A DNA stretch of 64,000 nt from Macrostomum lignano (taxonomy: Eukaryota). The stretch lies in NCBI GenBank assembly GCA_002269645.1, contig NIVC01000056.1, positions 930,001 to 994,000 of the forward strand, given 5' to 3'. Shown here one piece after another: positions 44,201 to 55,700 of the stretch; position 1 is the first letter of the stretch; each line of letters starts with the position of its first letter. The notes under the pieces were generated by a model, which did not search any database, was not told the origin of the DNA, and saw only the letters and a list, made by a program, of their open reading frames with translations. The position numbers and the translations under genes are program-made.

Positions 44201-47200
44201 CAGTGGTGGGGTGTCAGGCCTCAGGTCTTTGTTCGGCTTAGCTGTCGCCCATGGTTTCGACAGCCCACTGCTGCCCGCTCTCGACTCGCTGGCTCTGCGG
44301 CTGGCAGCCGAGGGAGGCGGCGACAGCATCGCCAGGGCGAGGTCGGCTCGAGTGCTGGCCGCCATCGGGCTGCTGCTGGGTGAGTCTGTGATTTGATGCC
44401 TGTCACTCTGCCGTAATCTCAGCCCTACATGTAGCTATCTGTGCCTGTCACTCCTCCATCTCACTCCCAGTACCCGCCTGTCACTCCTCCGTCTCACTCC
44501 CAGTACCCGCCTGTCACTTCTCCATCTCACTCCCAGTACCTGCCTGTCACTCCTCCATCTCACTCCCAGTACCCGCCTGTCACTCCTCCATCGCACTCCC
44601 AGTACCCGCCTGTCACTCCTCCATCTCACTCCCAGTACCCGCCTGTCACACCACCCTCAGGCACCCAAGCCGGCAGTCGCGGCGGCCTCCGCAGCGGCCC
44701 GGCCGATAACCGACGCTGGTCGGGCGCCCTGTCGGACATCTCGGCCGGACAGCTCTCGGCCGGTCTGTCTGGCATGGCCAACCTTCGAGCCGAGTGGGCC
44801 GGCCGGCCGGATCTGCTAATGCGAGCGGCGCGGCACTACGAGAGAGCCGCACAGCTGCTGGTGTCCGGCGCCGTGCGAGCGTCCTGCCTTGACGACCAGC
44901 TTGGTGAGTGAGTGGGCTTTGTTTTTTTGCTCCTGACAAGGTTCTCGCTAGCTCAAGTGAACGAATCATTAATAATAACCCATATCCTAATCCTCATTAA
45001 TAATCAGTATCTTAATCCTCATTGATAATCCATATCTTTATCCTCATTGATAATCCATATCTTAATCCTCATTGATAATTCATGTCTTAATCCTTGTTGA
45101 TAATCCATATCTTTATCCTCATTAATAACCCATATCATAATCCTCATTAATAATCAGTATCTTAATCCTCATTGATAATCCAAATCTTAATCCTCATTGA
45201 TAATCCATATCCTAATCCTCATTGATAATCCATATCTTTATCCTCAGTTATAATCTGAGGATCATATCTTAATCCTCAATTATAGTCCATATCTTAATCC
45301 TCATCGATAATCCAAATCTTAATCCTCATTCATGATTCATATCCTAATCCTCATTGATAATCCGTATCTTAATCCTCATTGATAATCCATATCTTTATCC
45401 TCATTAATAATCAATATCTTAATCCTCATTGATAATCCATATCTTTATCCTCATTAATAATCCATATCTTAGTCCTCATAGATAATCCAAATCTTAATCC
45501 TCATTGATAATCCATATCCTAATCCTCATTGATAATCCATATCTTAATCCTCATTGATAATCCATATCTTAATCCTCATTGATAATCCATATCTTAGTCC
45601 TCATAGATAATCCAAATGTTAATCCTCATTGATAATCCTTATCTTAATCCTCTTTGATAATCTGGTTGACACCTGAATCTCCGGCATGGCACTGCCTCGC
45701 AGATGCAGCCAGAAGCGTGTCGCGGCCAATCCGCCCAGCGGTGCCCATCGGCCATGGCGTCACAGCGCTGTGTCCGGCTCGCATTGATCTGTCCGGCGGT
45801 TGGTCGGACACGCCGCCAATCTGCTGGGAATTCGGCGGCTGCGTCGCCAATATGGCCGTCCTAGTTGACGGCCGGAAACCCATCGGCTGCCGGGTTGAAG
45901 CCTTTGATCTTGCCGCCCCTGATGACACTGTGAGCGGTATGGACCATCGGCCTGGTCGATCACTGATTGAACTGGTGAACGCTGACGCCAACTCCAGCGG
46001 TGCTGTCGTTGGACTGAACAGTCTGGAATACTTAGCTGACTGTTCCAGGCCGCTGGTGCCGGGAGCTTTAGCTAAATGCTGCCTAATCGTGTCCGGTTTG
46101 TTTAGCATTGACAACTCTGCCGCCGGCGGCAGTTTAGCCGAACAGGTGTCGCGCGTGTGCGGCTCGGAACGGCGGGGCATTCGGGTGACAGCTTGGTCTG
46201 GTCTGCCGGCTGGCTCCGGTCTGGGCACCAGCAGCATCTTAGCTGCGGCTGTTCTCGCAGCTCTGCACAGATGGACTGGGCTAGACATCGATTTGGACAG
46301 GCTAGTGCGGGGAGTGCTGGCTGTTGAGCAGCTGTTGAGCACCGGAGGCGGATGGCAGGATCAAGTTGGCGGCCTGTATCCAGGAATTAAGGTGGCAAGG
46401 TCGCCTAAAGGACTGCCGTTGAGGGTGCAGGTGAGTTTTTGGTGTATTTTAGGCAGTTTTGTAGGGAGAAATAGAGGCTTTGAGCACAGATCGGAGCGAC
46501 AGTCGAATTTTTCAAGCAGTTGTGTCTCCCTTAGGTGAGGCTCAGATCCCATTTAGGTACTTGGGCGAGGCTCAGAATCCTCAGGTCCCTTTCAGATACT
46601 TAGGTGAGGCTCAGATCCCATTTAGGTACTTAGGCGAGGCTCAGATCCCATTTAGGTACTTGGGCGAGGCTCAGAATCCTCAGGTCCCTTTCAGATACTT
46701 AGGCGAGGCTCAGATCCCCATTCAGATACTTAGGTGAGGCTCAGATCCCCATTCAGATACTTAGGTGAGGCTCAGATCCCCATTCAGATACTTAGGTGAG
46801 GCTCAGATCCCCATTCAGATACTTAGGTGAGGCTCAGATCCCCATTCAGATACTTAGGTGAGGCTCAGATCCCCATTCAGATACTTAGGTGAGGCTCAGA
46901 TCCCCATTCAGATACTTAGGTGAGGCTCAGATCCCCATTCAGATACTTAGGTGAGGCTCAGATCCCCATTCAGATACTTAGGTGAGGCTCAGATCCCCAT
47001 TCAGATACTTAGGTGAGGCTCAGATCCCCATTCAGATACTTAGGTGAGGCTCAGATCCCCATTCAGATACTTAGGTGAGGCTCAGATCCCCATTCAGATA
47101 CTTAGGTGAGGCTCAGATCCCCATTCAGATACTTAGGTGAGGCTCAGATCCCCATTCAGATACTTAGGTGAGGCTCAGATCCCCATTCAGATACTTAGGT

Positions 47201-47855
47201 GAGGCTCAGATCCCTATTCAGATACTTAGGTGAGGCTCAGATCCCCATTCAGATACTTAGGCTTTGTTTTTCTTCTTTGTTTGGGATACACGGGCCTCGC
47301 GGTTATTTCTTATCCCAGGTAACCCCATTGGAACCGCCTGCCGGATTCCTGGACCGGCTCGACTCCAGCTTAATACTGCTGTACTCTGGCAGCACCAGAC
47401 TGGCTCGCAACCTGCTGCAAGAAGCTGTCCGCTCTTGGCACTGCCGCGACGCATCAGTTGTGAGCATCATCGCCGGCCTAGTTGACGACGCTGAATCCGT
47501 TGCTAAGGCTGTAGAGCTGGGCGATTTATCGCTAATCTGCCAGTGCATCCGAAGGTACCGCGGTCGGAAGTTGGCGATGGCGCCTGGCAGCGAATCGGCG
47601 CAGTTGACCTCGCTTTTGGACCGATTGGAGAACTTTGATGCAACCGAAAGCGATGGATCATCAGCTGACGTCAGAGTGTCTTCGGCTGCGATTCTCTGCG
47701 GTGCAGGCGGCGGCGGCTTCTTGGCGGCTTTGCTGCCGCCGGCGACCAGGAATCGACTGTTGGCCGAGGCGGCCTCGGACGGCATCCTGCCGGGCAGCGG
47801 CGGCGCGCGGCTGCACACCGTCCGGGTGGCTCGGGACGGGCTGGAGTTCGTTTGA
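35215..47855 (+). CDS. FCSK: L-fucose kinase (fucokinase), 8 exons, ~1195 aa; no in-frame genomic ATG seen
   Basis: Exons 35215-35551, 35819-36075, 36795-37635, 37963-38210, 43983-44379, 44661-44903, 45703-46430 and 47319-47855 (3588 nt, frame-consistent, GT-AG). Motifs: GSGGATLNAL, GIDSGA, GGLRSGPA, RAARHYE, PARIDLSGGWSDTPP, GHMP GSGLGTSS, GGGWQDQVGG, TRLARNLL, GAGGGGF. Confidence 0.93.
36118..36517 (+). mobile_element. tRNA-derived CORE-like SINE with its 5' 19-bp head tandemly repeated ~7 times, in FCSK intron 2
   Basis: (GAGGGGGTTGTAGCCTAGT)n runs into A box TAGCCTAGTGG, then B box GGTTCGCTTCC (36289-36299), a MIR-CORE-like TGTGTCCTTGAGCAA..CTTAAC..GTAAAATGGG, and an (ATT)n tail at 36499-36517. 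Confidence 0.8.
37700..37805 (-). mobile_element. Diverged internal fragment of the 3444/48158 SINE family
   Basis: GTGTACAGCGG..CATGTACAC..TTGGGGG.TTGGCCC is shared with the other copies. Confidence 0.5.
38590..38810. repeat. 31-bp minisatellite (GCGTCATAGTATCACAGAGCTGACAACCATT)
   Basis: Direct tandem repetition in FCSK intron 4. Confidence 0.9.
39098..39880 (-). mobile_element. 5'-truncated non-LTR retrotransposon fragment (RNase H plus C-terminal CCHC; I/LOA-like), degenerate
   Basis: Across shifted frames: FTDGSR, STVFQNE, VSLRWIP (RNase H), then LSGHGCF..CLFC...E.AEHFICECP. Contains stops and frameshifts. Confidence 0.82.
41263..42387 (-). CDS. Intronless rhodopsin-family (peptide receptor-like) GPCR nested antisense in FCSK intron 4, 374 aa
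   Basis: Seven hydrophobic segments. TM1 GAIGNSLV, TM2 IAIADT, Cys at the start of TM3, DRV (DRY variant), TM4 Trp/Pro, TM6 FLLTLP, TM7 NQCVNF. Confidence 0.9.
   Translation of the reverse strand: MQADNLHTKNESKKLIRFGFVESAMQIVRDCESGDPSRHLYCILSHVIGSISAILLPIIIVIGAIGNSLVAHAMLRRLRPLSRQNLYLGCIAIADTISLVVIGIFNGFLTKGLSWITRGKFGFFSYNLNDVACKISRYAMNFCHALSCMWLLVLVTDRVLVVRRPLMMRKVGIKWAVRALIASFVLAAMIALPNGILVGHETVHMPGGIVLIYCYHSKQTQLLMLAYTTVMSNPPLIFIVLMLGLNVFLLYEVTSAVKKRKLLYSNTSNNSTGNGSAQKLNGTMLVLILSIIYFLLTLPLMIMRPVMEISIYLLDIAENLDYLVLITNLAYTSLTLALVNQCVNFFVLYKRSAAFRHCLKSFSNGTIKADSKSG
44440..44650. repeat. 33-bp minisatellite in FCSK intron 5
   Basis: CCTGTCACTCCTCCATCTCACTCCCAGTACCCG, ~6 copies. Confidence 0.92.
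44975..45660. repeat. 25-bp minisatellite (TAATCCATATCTTAATCCTCATTGA) filling FCSK intron 6
   Basis: Direct tandem repetition. Confidence 0.95.
46533..47260. repeat. 31-bp minisatellite (TTAGGTGAGGCTCAGATCCCCATTCAGATAC) in FCSK intron 7
   Basis: About 23 units, the distal ones near-identical. Confidence 0.96.
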
Positions 47856-48157
47856 CGGCAGAAACGGATTGGAAATTGATAATTGTCGGAGATCATTGCT
47901 TGCGGGGTGGACTCTGTTGGGACAGGGGTGGGTAGGACAGCAGGTTGTGTTTTGACAGACTGGAGTACATCTCAACAATTCTCCCTATGAGCCACAGCAT
48001 TTCGGAATCTGTGGTCATTCACGCCACTATGGAATAGCTGCAGAGCGTTAAATCCTACAAGGCGACAGTCAACCATTTCGCTGACCTCCGAGAATGCACA
48101 CCCACAATGTGCGCAGGCACACACTCCCGAATGGTGAATAGCGGCCCTGTTTATTAG

Positions 48158-48515
48158 AGGCAGGAGGCTGTGTGCACCCTGGCGCACTTTAAGCGACATA
48201 GGCACACAACCGGCGAGAGGCATTGCTGCCCATTCCACCGACTCCCCTGAGCAGGCACACAAACGGGCGGATACGTACGCAGTCAGACGCACAGGCACAC
48301 ACTCACACAGGAGTGTACAGCGGCCCTAACTTTATTTATCGTTAGGCATGTACACTTCACTGTGCCTTGGGGGTTGGGCCTCAAGGGCGTTAATTGCACG
48401 AGCAGAGCCAAGCCGAGATTCCAATTCAGCCCCAAATTAATTTGACTGCACTTGGAATCGAGCCTGGGCTGCTGGGACATCAGAGCGCCGCACTGGACCA
48501 CTGGGCTACGGCCCC
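48158..48515 (-). mobile_element. tRNA-derived SINE, copy 2, with intact tRNA-like 5' end
   Basis: The minus strand starts GGGGCCGTAGCCCAGTGGTCC...GGCTCGATTCC. The body matches 3444-3794. Confidence 0.8.
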
Positions 48516-50143
48516 TTAGACTTAGGGTAGCTGTACAGGGGACTGGGCAGATGATGCCGTGATAAAGGGTTGGTAAGCGATAGTGCGCGGTAGAGTATAC
48601 GAAATAAGTAACTTTTTATGCTTCATTTTAACAATACCGTAAGTCCGTTGAACCTGCGAGCGTATGATAAGTAATTTTATCGCAAATGCGGTATCTTCGC
48701 ATCATATAATTCCATATTCCCTTTTACTGGCTGATATGACCGATAATGCGATGCTATTTACATTAGAGATTTTTGTGCATGTTTAATTTGTTTTTTTTCT
48801 GATAAATGTCAATGAAATTGTTATGATTATTGCTCAGATCTTGTCATTAAACAATACTTTGGACTTTATTATTGCTTAAATAAGCCAAACAATATACTAT
48901 TTTATAAAATTTAAATTTTCTCAAGAACTTTTACAAGCATCTGGGAAGGCATTATAAAATGAAAGTCCGTCTTGGAGTGCAACGTCAACAACGCTAAATG
49001 CTCAATTCAGTGTAATTAATGCATTTATTAATGCTGCTGGTCGATAATGCAATAAAAAACGGTGCGCCATCTATCCCTTGTAACACGATTTAGAAGTGCA
49101 AAGGCGTGCATTAAACGCTAAAAAGCATACCTAAACGGATCGTGATCGCGTATTGGCTAGAGTGATCTAATGCACGAGAAATATGTACCGTCATTACAAT
49201 CAAAGGTGTATAACGTACTCGTAATTAATGACTTTTTCGATTGGTCAAGAAAATCCAAGTTACTTGAGAACCAAAGAAGAATTTTATGGATCATGGAATT
49301 CTGGCGTCAGGAAATGATCTACAGTATTACTCGAGGGCATTGTTAAAAAAGTGTTTGCGTGTGCCACACGACATGGAAAAAATCAGCTTCTCGATAATAC
49401 AACTCGTACCTTATCGACAGAGAGAACGAACTGCTCGTTTCTCTGACAATTTTAATTCATTGCCTAGATAACGGTGATAAACAGGAGTCCTCTTAAGCTA
49501 CGAAAGCACTTCTCAGCTTTTTATGTGCGGAAGGCTACGGCAGCATTTCAAACACATCAATGTCTGCTTTCGATATTCAACGTTTTCAAGAGAAATTCAT
49601 GCAAGGAACTCTTAGACCACCCGAAGCAAATAGCAGAAACATTTGCCTTCTTAAGCTATACTTGAATTATGCTTTCAGTGCAATCTACGGGCCGAAAAGG
49701 CTTAACAGTTCATTCAATCAAAAAGTCACATCACAATTGCAGGCTTCCTCAGCCATTGCTTATCAACGTTTCAGTCTACAGAAAGCGCAGGCAATCATCA
49801 GTCAGTTACATTTTGAAATAGTTATGCCGGACAGAGAGAGGCTTTGCGGCCGCATGTGGCCCTTGGGCCGGAGTTTGCCAATCCCTGGCTTTAACGAAAC
49901 ACCCGAATCCGAGTTCCTAAGCTGACAATATACATGTAGGTAACTGTATGAGCTTGCTGACTAGTGCTTGTGCTTCCTCACATTTTGTGTTTATACGCAT
50001 TTTCAACTGCAGAGGCGCAGCTAAATTAATATAAAAATCGATCACACAGATCGAGCCTACGATATGCTTTCTTTAAGGCTTTTTCGGCTCCACACAACCC
50101 ATAAATCTCTCTCGGCTTCACTCTCGTCGTCGTAGCAAGCCGC

Positions 50144-50281
50144 CCACCTGAGCCATTCTCCGTATCAACAGACTCAGACAACGCGGGCAAGCGCTGGAGT
50201 CAATGGGCAGACCGCTTTGACGATTCCATCCATGCATCAGGTATATCACAAACGGAAAGCAAAAGTGCAAACTATACTTAG
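50144..50281 (+). mobile_element. Possible decayed Gypsy-type gag N-terminal fragment
   Basis: PPEPFSVSTDSDNAGKRWSQWADRFDDSIHASGI resembles the gag PxPF..W..W..RF..Y..ASG pattern. No LTR or pol found. Confidence 0.4.
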
Positions 50282-52319
50282 CAACATTGAAAAGTTGCCA
50301 CCCTTTGCCCCAGTGAGCAGTGTCTTGTCTTTCGAAACACAATAATGCGGTCCAGTTTTTTAATACTAACATATTACCCCTCCGCCCAGCGCGCGGAGTA
50401 AGAAAATTCTATCATTTTAGTTCCTACAGTACACGTGTCTGGCACCAACCGGCGTAAGCTGCTGTAGACAGAGTTTTCCCTTGTGCAACAAAACTTTTGT
50501 TAAATGTTTAAACATCTTTTGCTGAATATCACCGCGCTCGATCTAAGGCAGTACTCCTCTATTGTGCGTTCTTCGTGCCTCGGAATACACAGATCCGATG
50601 AGCGCTTTGAAAGAAAATTTTACACACTAACCACGTCTAAGGATTTTTCCTCGCGGGTTACTGCTGCGGTGGTTGTAGCGACCTTACTGAAAGTAATACA
50701 CCCGGCGATCAATATACGACATTCAACTACATGATTTGTAACTCCTCCGAATCGGCTTGCACGAGCAATTCTTGTCTGCTGCTTGGCATTCTGAAAGACA
50801 GCATCAACTTGACCACTCAGAAACGACCACAGCTACCCTCCCCTGAGGTTGTGAACCTCATCAGCAGCCTTGCTCCCATCGCTCCCTAGTTTTGTTAAAT
50901 CGACTTGGACTCACGGGAAATCCAGGCGTGCCAATTCGAACGCAAGCCGAGAGCAACCTTCGAGCACGATCAGTTTGAAAAAAAATCGCCTTTTAAAGAG
51001 AAAGCCCATATAAAGTGCTTAAAAATATAAGGCATTCTTTTGTCCCACAATTCCAAATTTTATTTTTGCTATACGATGCCCAATAAAATAAGTGACTAAA
51101 GTTAGGCCTATATAGTTTATCATAAGATAGATCTATTTTGTTTGATGTTTGCACTTTAAAATTTATATCATTAGGCCCCCTATCAAACAAAAATAAACAT
51201 CTTTAAAAACATATAGTCCAGGTGTAACTAAGAATGAAGGCTATATATTAACTTTTGTTGAATAATCATACAAATATAGAAATTATGTATAGGTGACCAT
51301 AGTTTAGAATCAATCCAAAAGAGAATATTAATTTAATTTTATATAAATTATAATCTGTTAATCATATATATAAATATTAGAATTAGCCTTAGGATCAGAG
51401 CACAAAATTAGAAATATATGAATGTCTATAGATCAGCAAATATTAATTAGTCATTCCAAAAATAAAAATAAAGTACTAATCAATGTCAAATTAGCTTATA
51501 TTTAGCAGTTTATTGGCATTTTATATATTATAATCAAATTTACCATTTTACTTCCTATATATTTATACTAAAATCAATTGTCATCTATTTGATGCTTATA
51601 ATTTCAATCATTTGAATCATAATCATATAATAAATCCAAATATATCTAGGCTATATTTTTAAGAAACAAGTCAAATCTAATATAAGCTTTTGATCATTTT
51701 AAAATGATTTGTAAGGGTTGTCAGCCATTTTACTAAGGATTAAATAACAAAAGCCTTGACCCTCATATATGCACAATCAGTAGGCTCACTATGCCAAGAA
51801 TATTGCACTTTGCACAAAATTTATAAAAGGGATATATAGTGCAAATCTACAAATATTAAGACCAAATGCAAATTTCCATCTTATAAATTTTTGTACTATT
51901 GTTTTCCTGAAATCTGTGCTTAAAGCAATAAACTTTTCATCTTATATCTTATTTTAATTTTATTTACTGGTATCTAAAAGATATTCTAAAGTCTTACTAG
52001 AGGCAGAGTAGAATTATTTAGTCTTATTATTGACAATATGAACTTGGTTAGCCAGAAAGTTGCCAGCCAATAAATTTTGCAGCAAGGTAGGCACCAGCTT
52101 AGAATTTTAGTAGCTCAGGAAGGATCAGGGAGACTCAGAGATAGCTGGAAATAGTGGGATAGGAGAAAACAATAGAAAGAGGAGCAAGATAGAGACAAGA
52201 GAGAGGGGGTTAGGCCTATTATAAAAATATTTTGTAATCACTGAAGCAGCCCAAAATTATGCTCTTTTTGAATGCAAGTTAGCGCTTTCTAAATGCAAGT
52301 TAGCTCCAAAATGTGATTG

Positions 52320-52600
52320 CAACTTTAGCTCCCTCTAATTGCGACTCAGCTCTCATTGAATGATTACAACTCAACTCCCTCTGGTTGCTACTCAGTTCCC
52401 TTTGATTGCAATGCAGCTCCCTTTGATTGCAATGCAGCTCCCTTTGATTGCAACTCAGCTTCCTCTGATTGCGACTCAGTTCCCTTTGATTGCAACTCAG
52501 CTCCCTCTGATTGCGACTCAGTTCCCTTTGATTGCAACTCAGCTCCCTCTGATTGCAACTCAGCTCCCTCTGATTGCAACTGAGCTCCCTCTGATTGAAA
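52320..52600. repeat. 21-bp minisatellite (GATTGCAACTCAGCTCCCTCT)
   Basis: Direct repetition. Resembles the TGCAACTTAGTT repeats at ~26010-26135. Confidence 0.9.
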
Positions 52601-52772
52601 TCGTGCTCATATATTTCAATTTGATATTTTCCTTTGCGAATATAATTGGCATTAGTAATAAAATGCTATTAAAATTCATTTGTTCTTTACTAACTAACTT
52701 TATTATTCCAGTCTATTTTAAGAGCACTAAATCTGAGTCATTAATATTGATAATAATCTATGAATAATAAAA

Positions 52773-55700
52773 ATGAGCAATAACGATCGCCAACTGAATC
52801 ATGCACTCGATTTGATGCGCCGTCTGCCGCCACAGTCAGTTGAAGAGAATTTAACCCAACTGGTTGATTTGGTGCCTAATATGACTGAGAGTCTGCTGTG
52901 TTGCATTGATCAGCCACTTCAAGTGTCGAAGGATTTCAGCTGTGGAAAAGATTACCTGCTGTGCGACTATAACAGAGATGCTGATAGTCACAGGTTGGTT
53001 GTGCGCCATTGAATTAAAATTTAGATTAGAGAGACATACCAGAAAGGAAGGTAGAGAGAGACTAGAGATTTAGATAGAAGGAAATGATTACAGTAAGATG
53101 AGTGGAATTGAGGAAACAAGAGAAAAGTTGAGAGTAGAGACAATTGAGTAGAATGAAGGAGGTGAGTAGAGACAATTGAGTAGAATGAAGGAGGTGAGTA
53201 GAGACAATTGAGTAGAATGGCGGAAGTGAGTAGAGACAATTGAGTAGAATGGCGGAAGTGAGTAGAGACAGTTGAGTAGAATGAGGGAAGTGAGTAGAGA
53301 CAATTGAGTAGAATGAAGGAAGTGAGTAGAGACAGTTGAGTAGAATGACAGAAGTGAGTAGAGACAATTGAGTACAATAATGGAAGTGAGTAGAGACAAT
53401 TGAGTAGAATGAAGGAAGTGAGTAGAGACAGTTGAGTAGAATGACAGAAGTGAGTAGAGACAATTGAGTAGAATGAAGGAAGTGAGTAGAGACAGTTGAG
53501 TAGAATGACAGAAGTGAGTAGAGACAATTGAGTAGAATGAAGGAAGTGAGTAGAGACAGTTGAGTAGAATGACAGAAGTGAGTAGAGACAGTTGAGTAGA
53601 ATGAAGGAAGTGAGTAGAGACAGTTGAGTAGAATGACAGAAGTGAGTAGAGACAATTGAGTAGAATGAAGGAAGTGAGTAGAGACAGTTGAGTAGAATGA
53701 CAGAAGTGAGTAGAGACAGTTGAGTAGAATGAAGGAAGTGAGTTGAGACAATTGAGTAGAATGAAGGAAGTGAGTTGAGACAATTGAGTAGAATGAAGGA
53801 AGTGAGTAGAGACAGTTGAGTAGAATGACAGAAGTGAGTAGAGACAATTGAGTAGAATGAAGGAAGTGAGTAGAGACAGTTGAGTAGAATGAAGGAAGTG
53901 AGTAGAGACAGTTGAGTAGAATGACAGAAGTGAGTAGAGACAGTTGAGTAGAATGAAGGAAGTGAGTAGAGACAGTTGAGTAGAATGACAGAAGTGAGTA
54001 GAGACAGTTGAGTAGAATGAAGGAAGTGAGTAGAGACAGTTGAGTAGAATGACAGAAGTGAGTAGATACAGTTGAGTAGAATGACAGAAGTGAGTAGAGA
54101 CAGTTGAGTAGAATGACAGAAGTGAGTAGAGACAGTTGAGTAGAATGAAGGAAGTGAGTTGAGACAGTTGAGTAGAATGACAGAAGTGAGTAGAGACAAT
54201 TGAGTAGAATGAAGGAAGTGAGTAGAGACAGTTGAGTAGAATGACAGAAGTGAGTAGAGACAGTTGAGTAGAATGAAGGAAGTGAGTAGAGACAGTTGAG
54301 TAGAATGACAGAAGTGAGTAGAGACAGTTGAGTAGAATGAAGGAAGTGAGTAGAGACAGTTGTGTAGAATGACAGAAGTGAGTAGAGACAGTTGAGTAGA
54401 ATGAAGGAAGTGAGTTGAGACAATTGAGTAGAATGAAGGAAGTGAGTTGAGACAGTTGAGTAGAATGAAGGAAGTGAGTAGAGACAGTTGAGTAGAATGA
54501 CAGAAGTGAGTAGAGACAGTTGAGTAGAATGACAGAAGTGAGTAGAGACAGTTGAGTAGAATGAAGGAAGTGAGTAGAGACAGTTGAGTAGAATGACAGA
54601 AGTGAGTAGAGACAGTTGAGTAGAATGAAGGAAGTGAGTTGAGACAATTGAGTAGAATGAAGGAAGTGAGTTGAGACAATTGAGTAGAATGAAGGAAGTG
54701 AGTTGAGACAATTGAGTAGAATGAAGGAAGTGAGTAGAGACAGTTGAGTAGAATGACAGAAGTGAGTTGAGACAATTGAGTAGAATGAAGGAAGTGAGTA
54801 GAGACAGTTGAGTAGAATGAAGGAAGTGAGTAGAGACAGTTGAGTAGAATGACAGAAGTGAGTAGAGACAGTTGAGTAGAATGAAGGAAGTGAGTAGAGA
54901 CAGTTGAGTAGAATGACAGAAGTGAGTAGAGACAGTTGAGTAGAATGAAGGAAGTGAGTTGAGACAATTGAGTAGAATGAAGGAAGTGAGTTGAGACAGT
55001 TGAGTAGAATGAAGGAAGTGAGTTGAGACAATTGAGTAGAATGAAGGAAGTGAGTAGAGACAGTTGAGTAGAATGACAGAAGTGAGTTGAGACAGTTGAG
55101 TAGAATGAAGGAAGTGAGTTGAGACAATTGAGTAGAATGACAGAAGTGAGTTGAGACAGTTGAGTAGAATGACAGAAGTGAGGGAGAGTGGAAGATTCTA
55201 TTCTATCCCAAGTCAGCTATTAAAATCCCATTCCATCCCAGATCCCCATGGAGTAATCAATACTTTCCACCCCTGGAGGATGGCGCAGTGCCCTCGGATC
55301 GGCTACGCTCACTCGAAATGGAATTGAATTCGGCAATGCAAAGATACAGAGAGCTGTACTATGGCGGCGGCAGTATTGCATCGGCCTACCTGTGGGATTT
55401 GGACAGCACCCCTAAAGGTTTTGCTGGTGCGGTGCTAATTAAGAAGTGCGGCAGTTCAGGCTGCAGCGGTCAGTGGGATTCAGTGCACGTGATCGAAGTG
55501 ACGCCTAAGGTTACCGGTAGATCAGCCAAGTACAAATTGACTGCCACAGTTATGCTGAGACTCGTTAGCGAGCTGCGGTGAGTGGGTTTAGTTTGGGGTG
55601 TCTGTAGGGTTTAGTTTGGGGTGTCTGTAGGGTTCAGTTTGGTGTGTCTGTAGGGTTCAGTTTGGGGTGTCTGTAGGGTTCAGTTTGGGGTGTCTGTAGG

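Noticed and set aside
49286-49925. Short ORFs including a 121-aa + strand ORF
   Set aside because: No recognisable family or convincing splice structure. Lies near a probable retroelement remnant.
53021-55127. 549-679 aa minus-strand ORFs
   Set aside because: Translations of the 32-bp CAPZB intron repeat.
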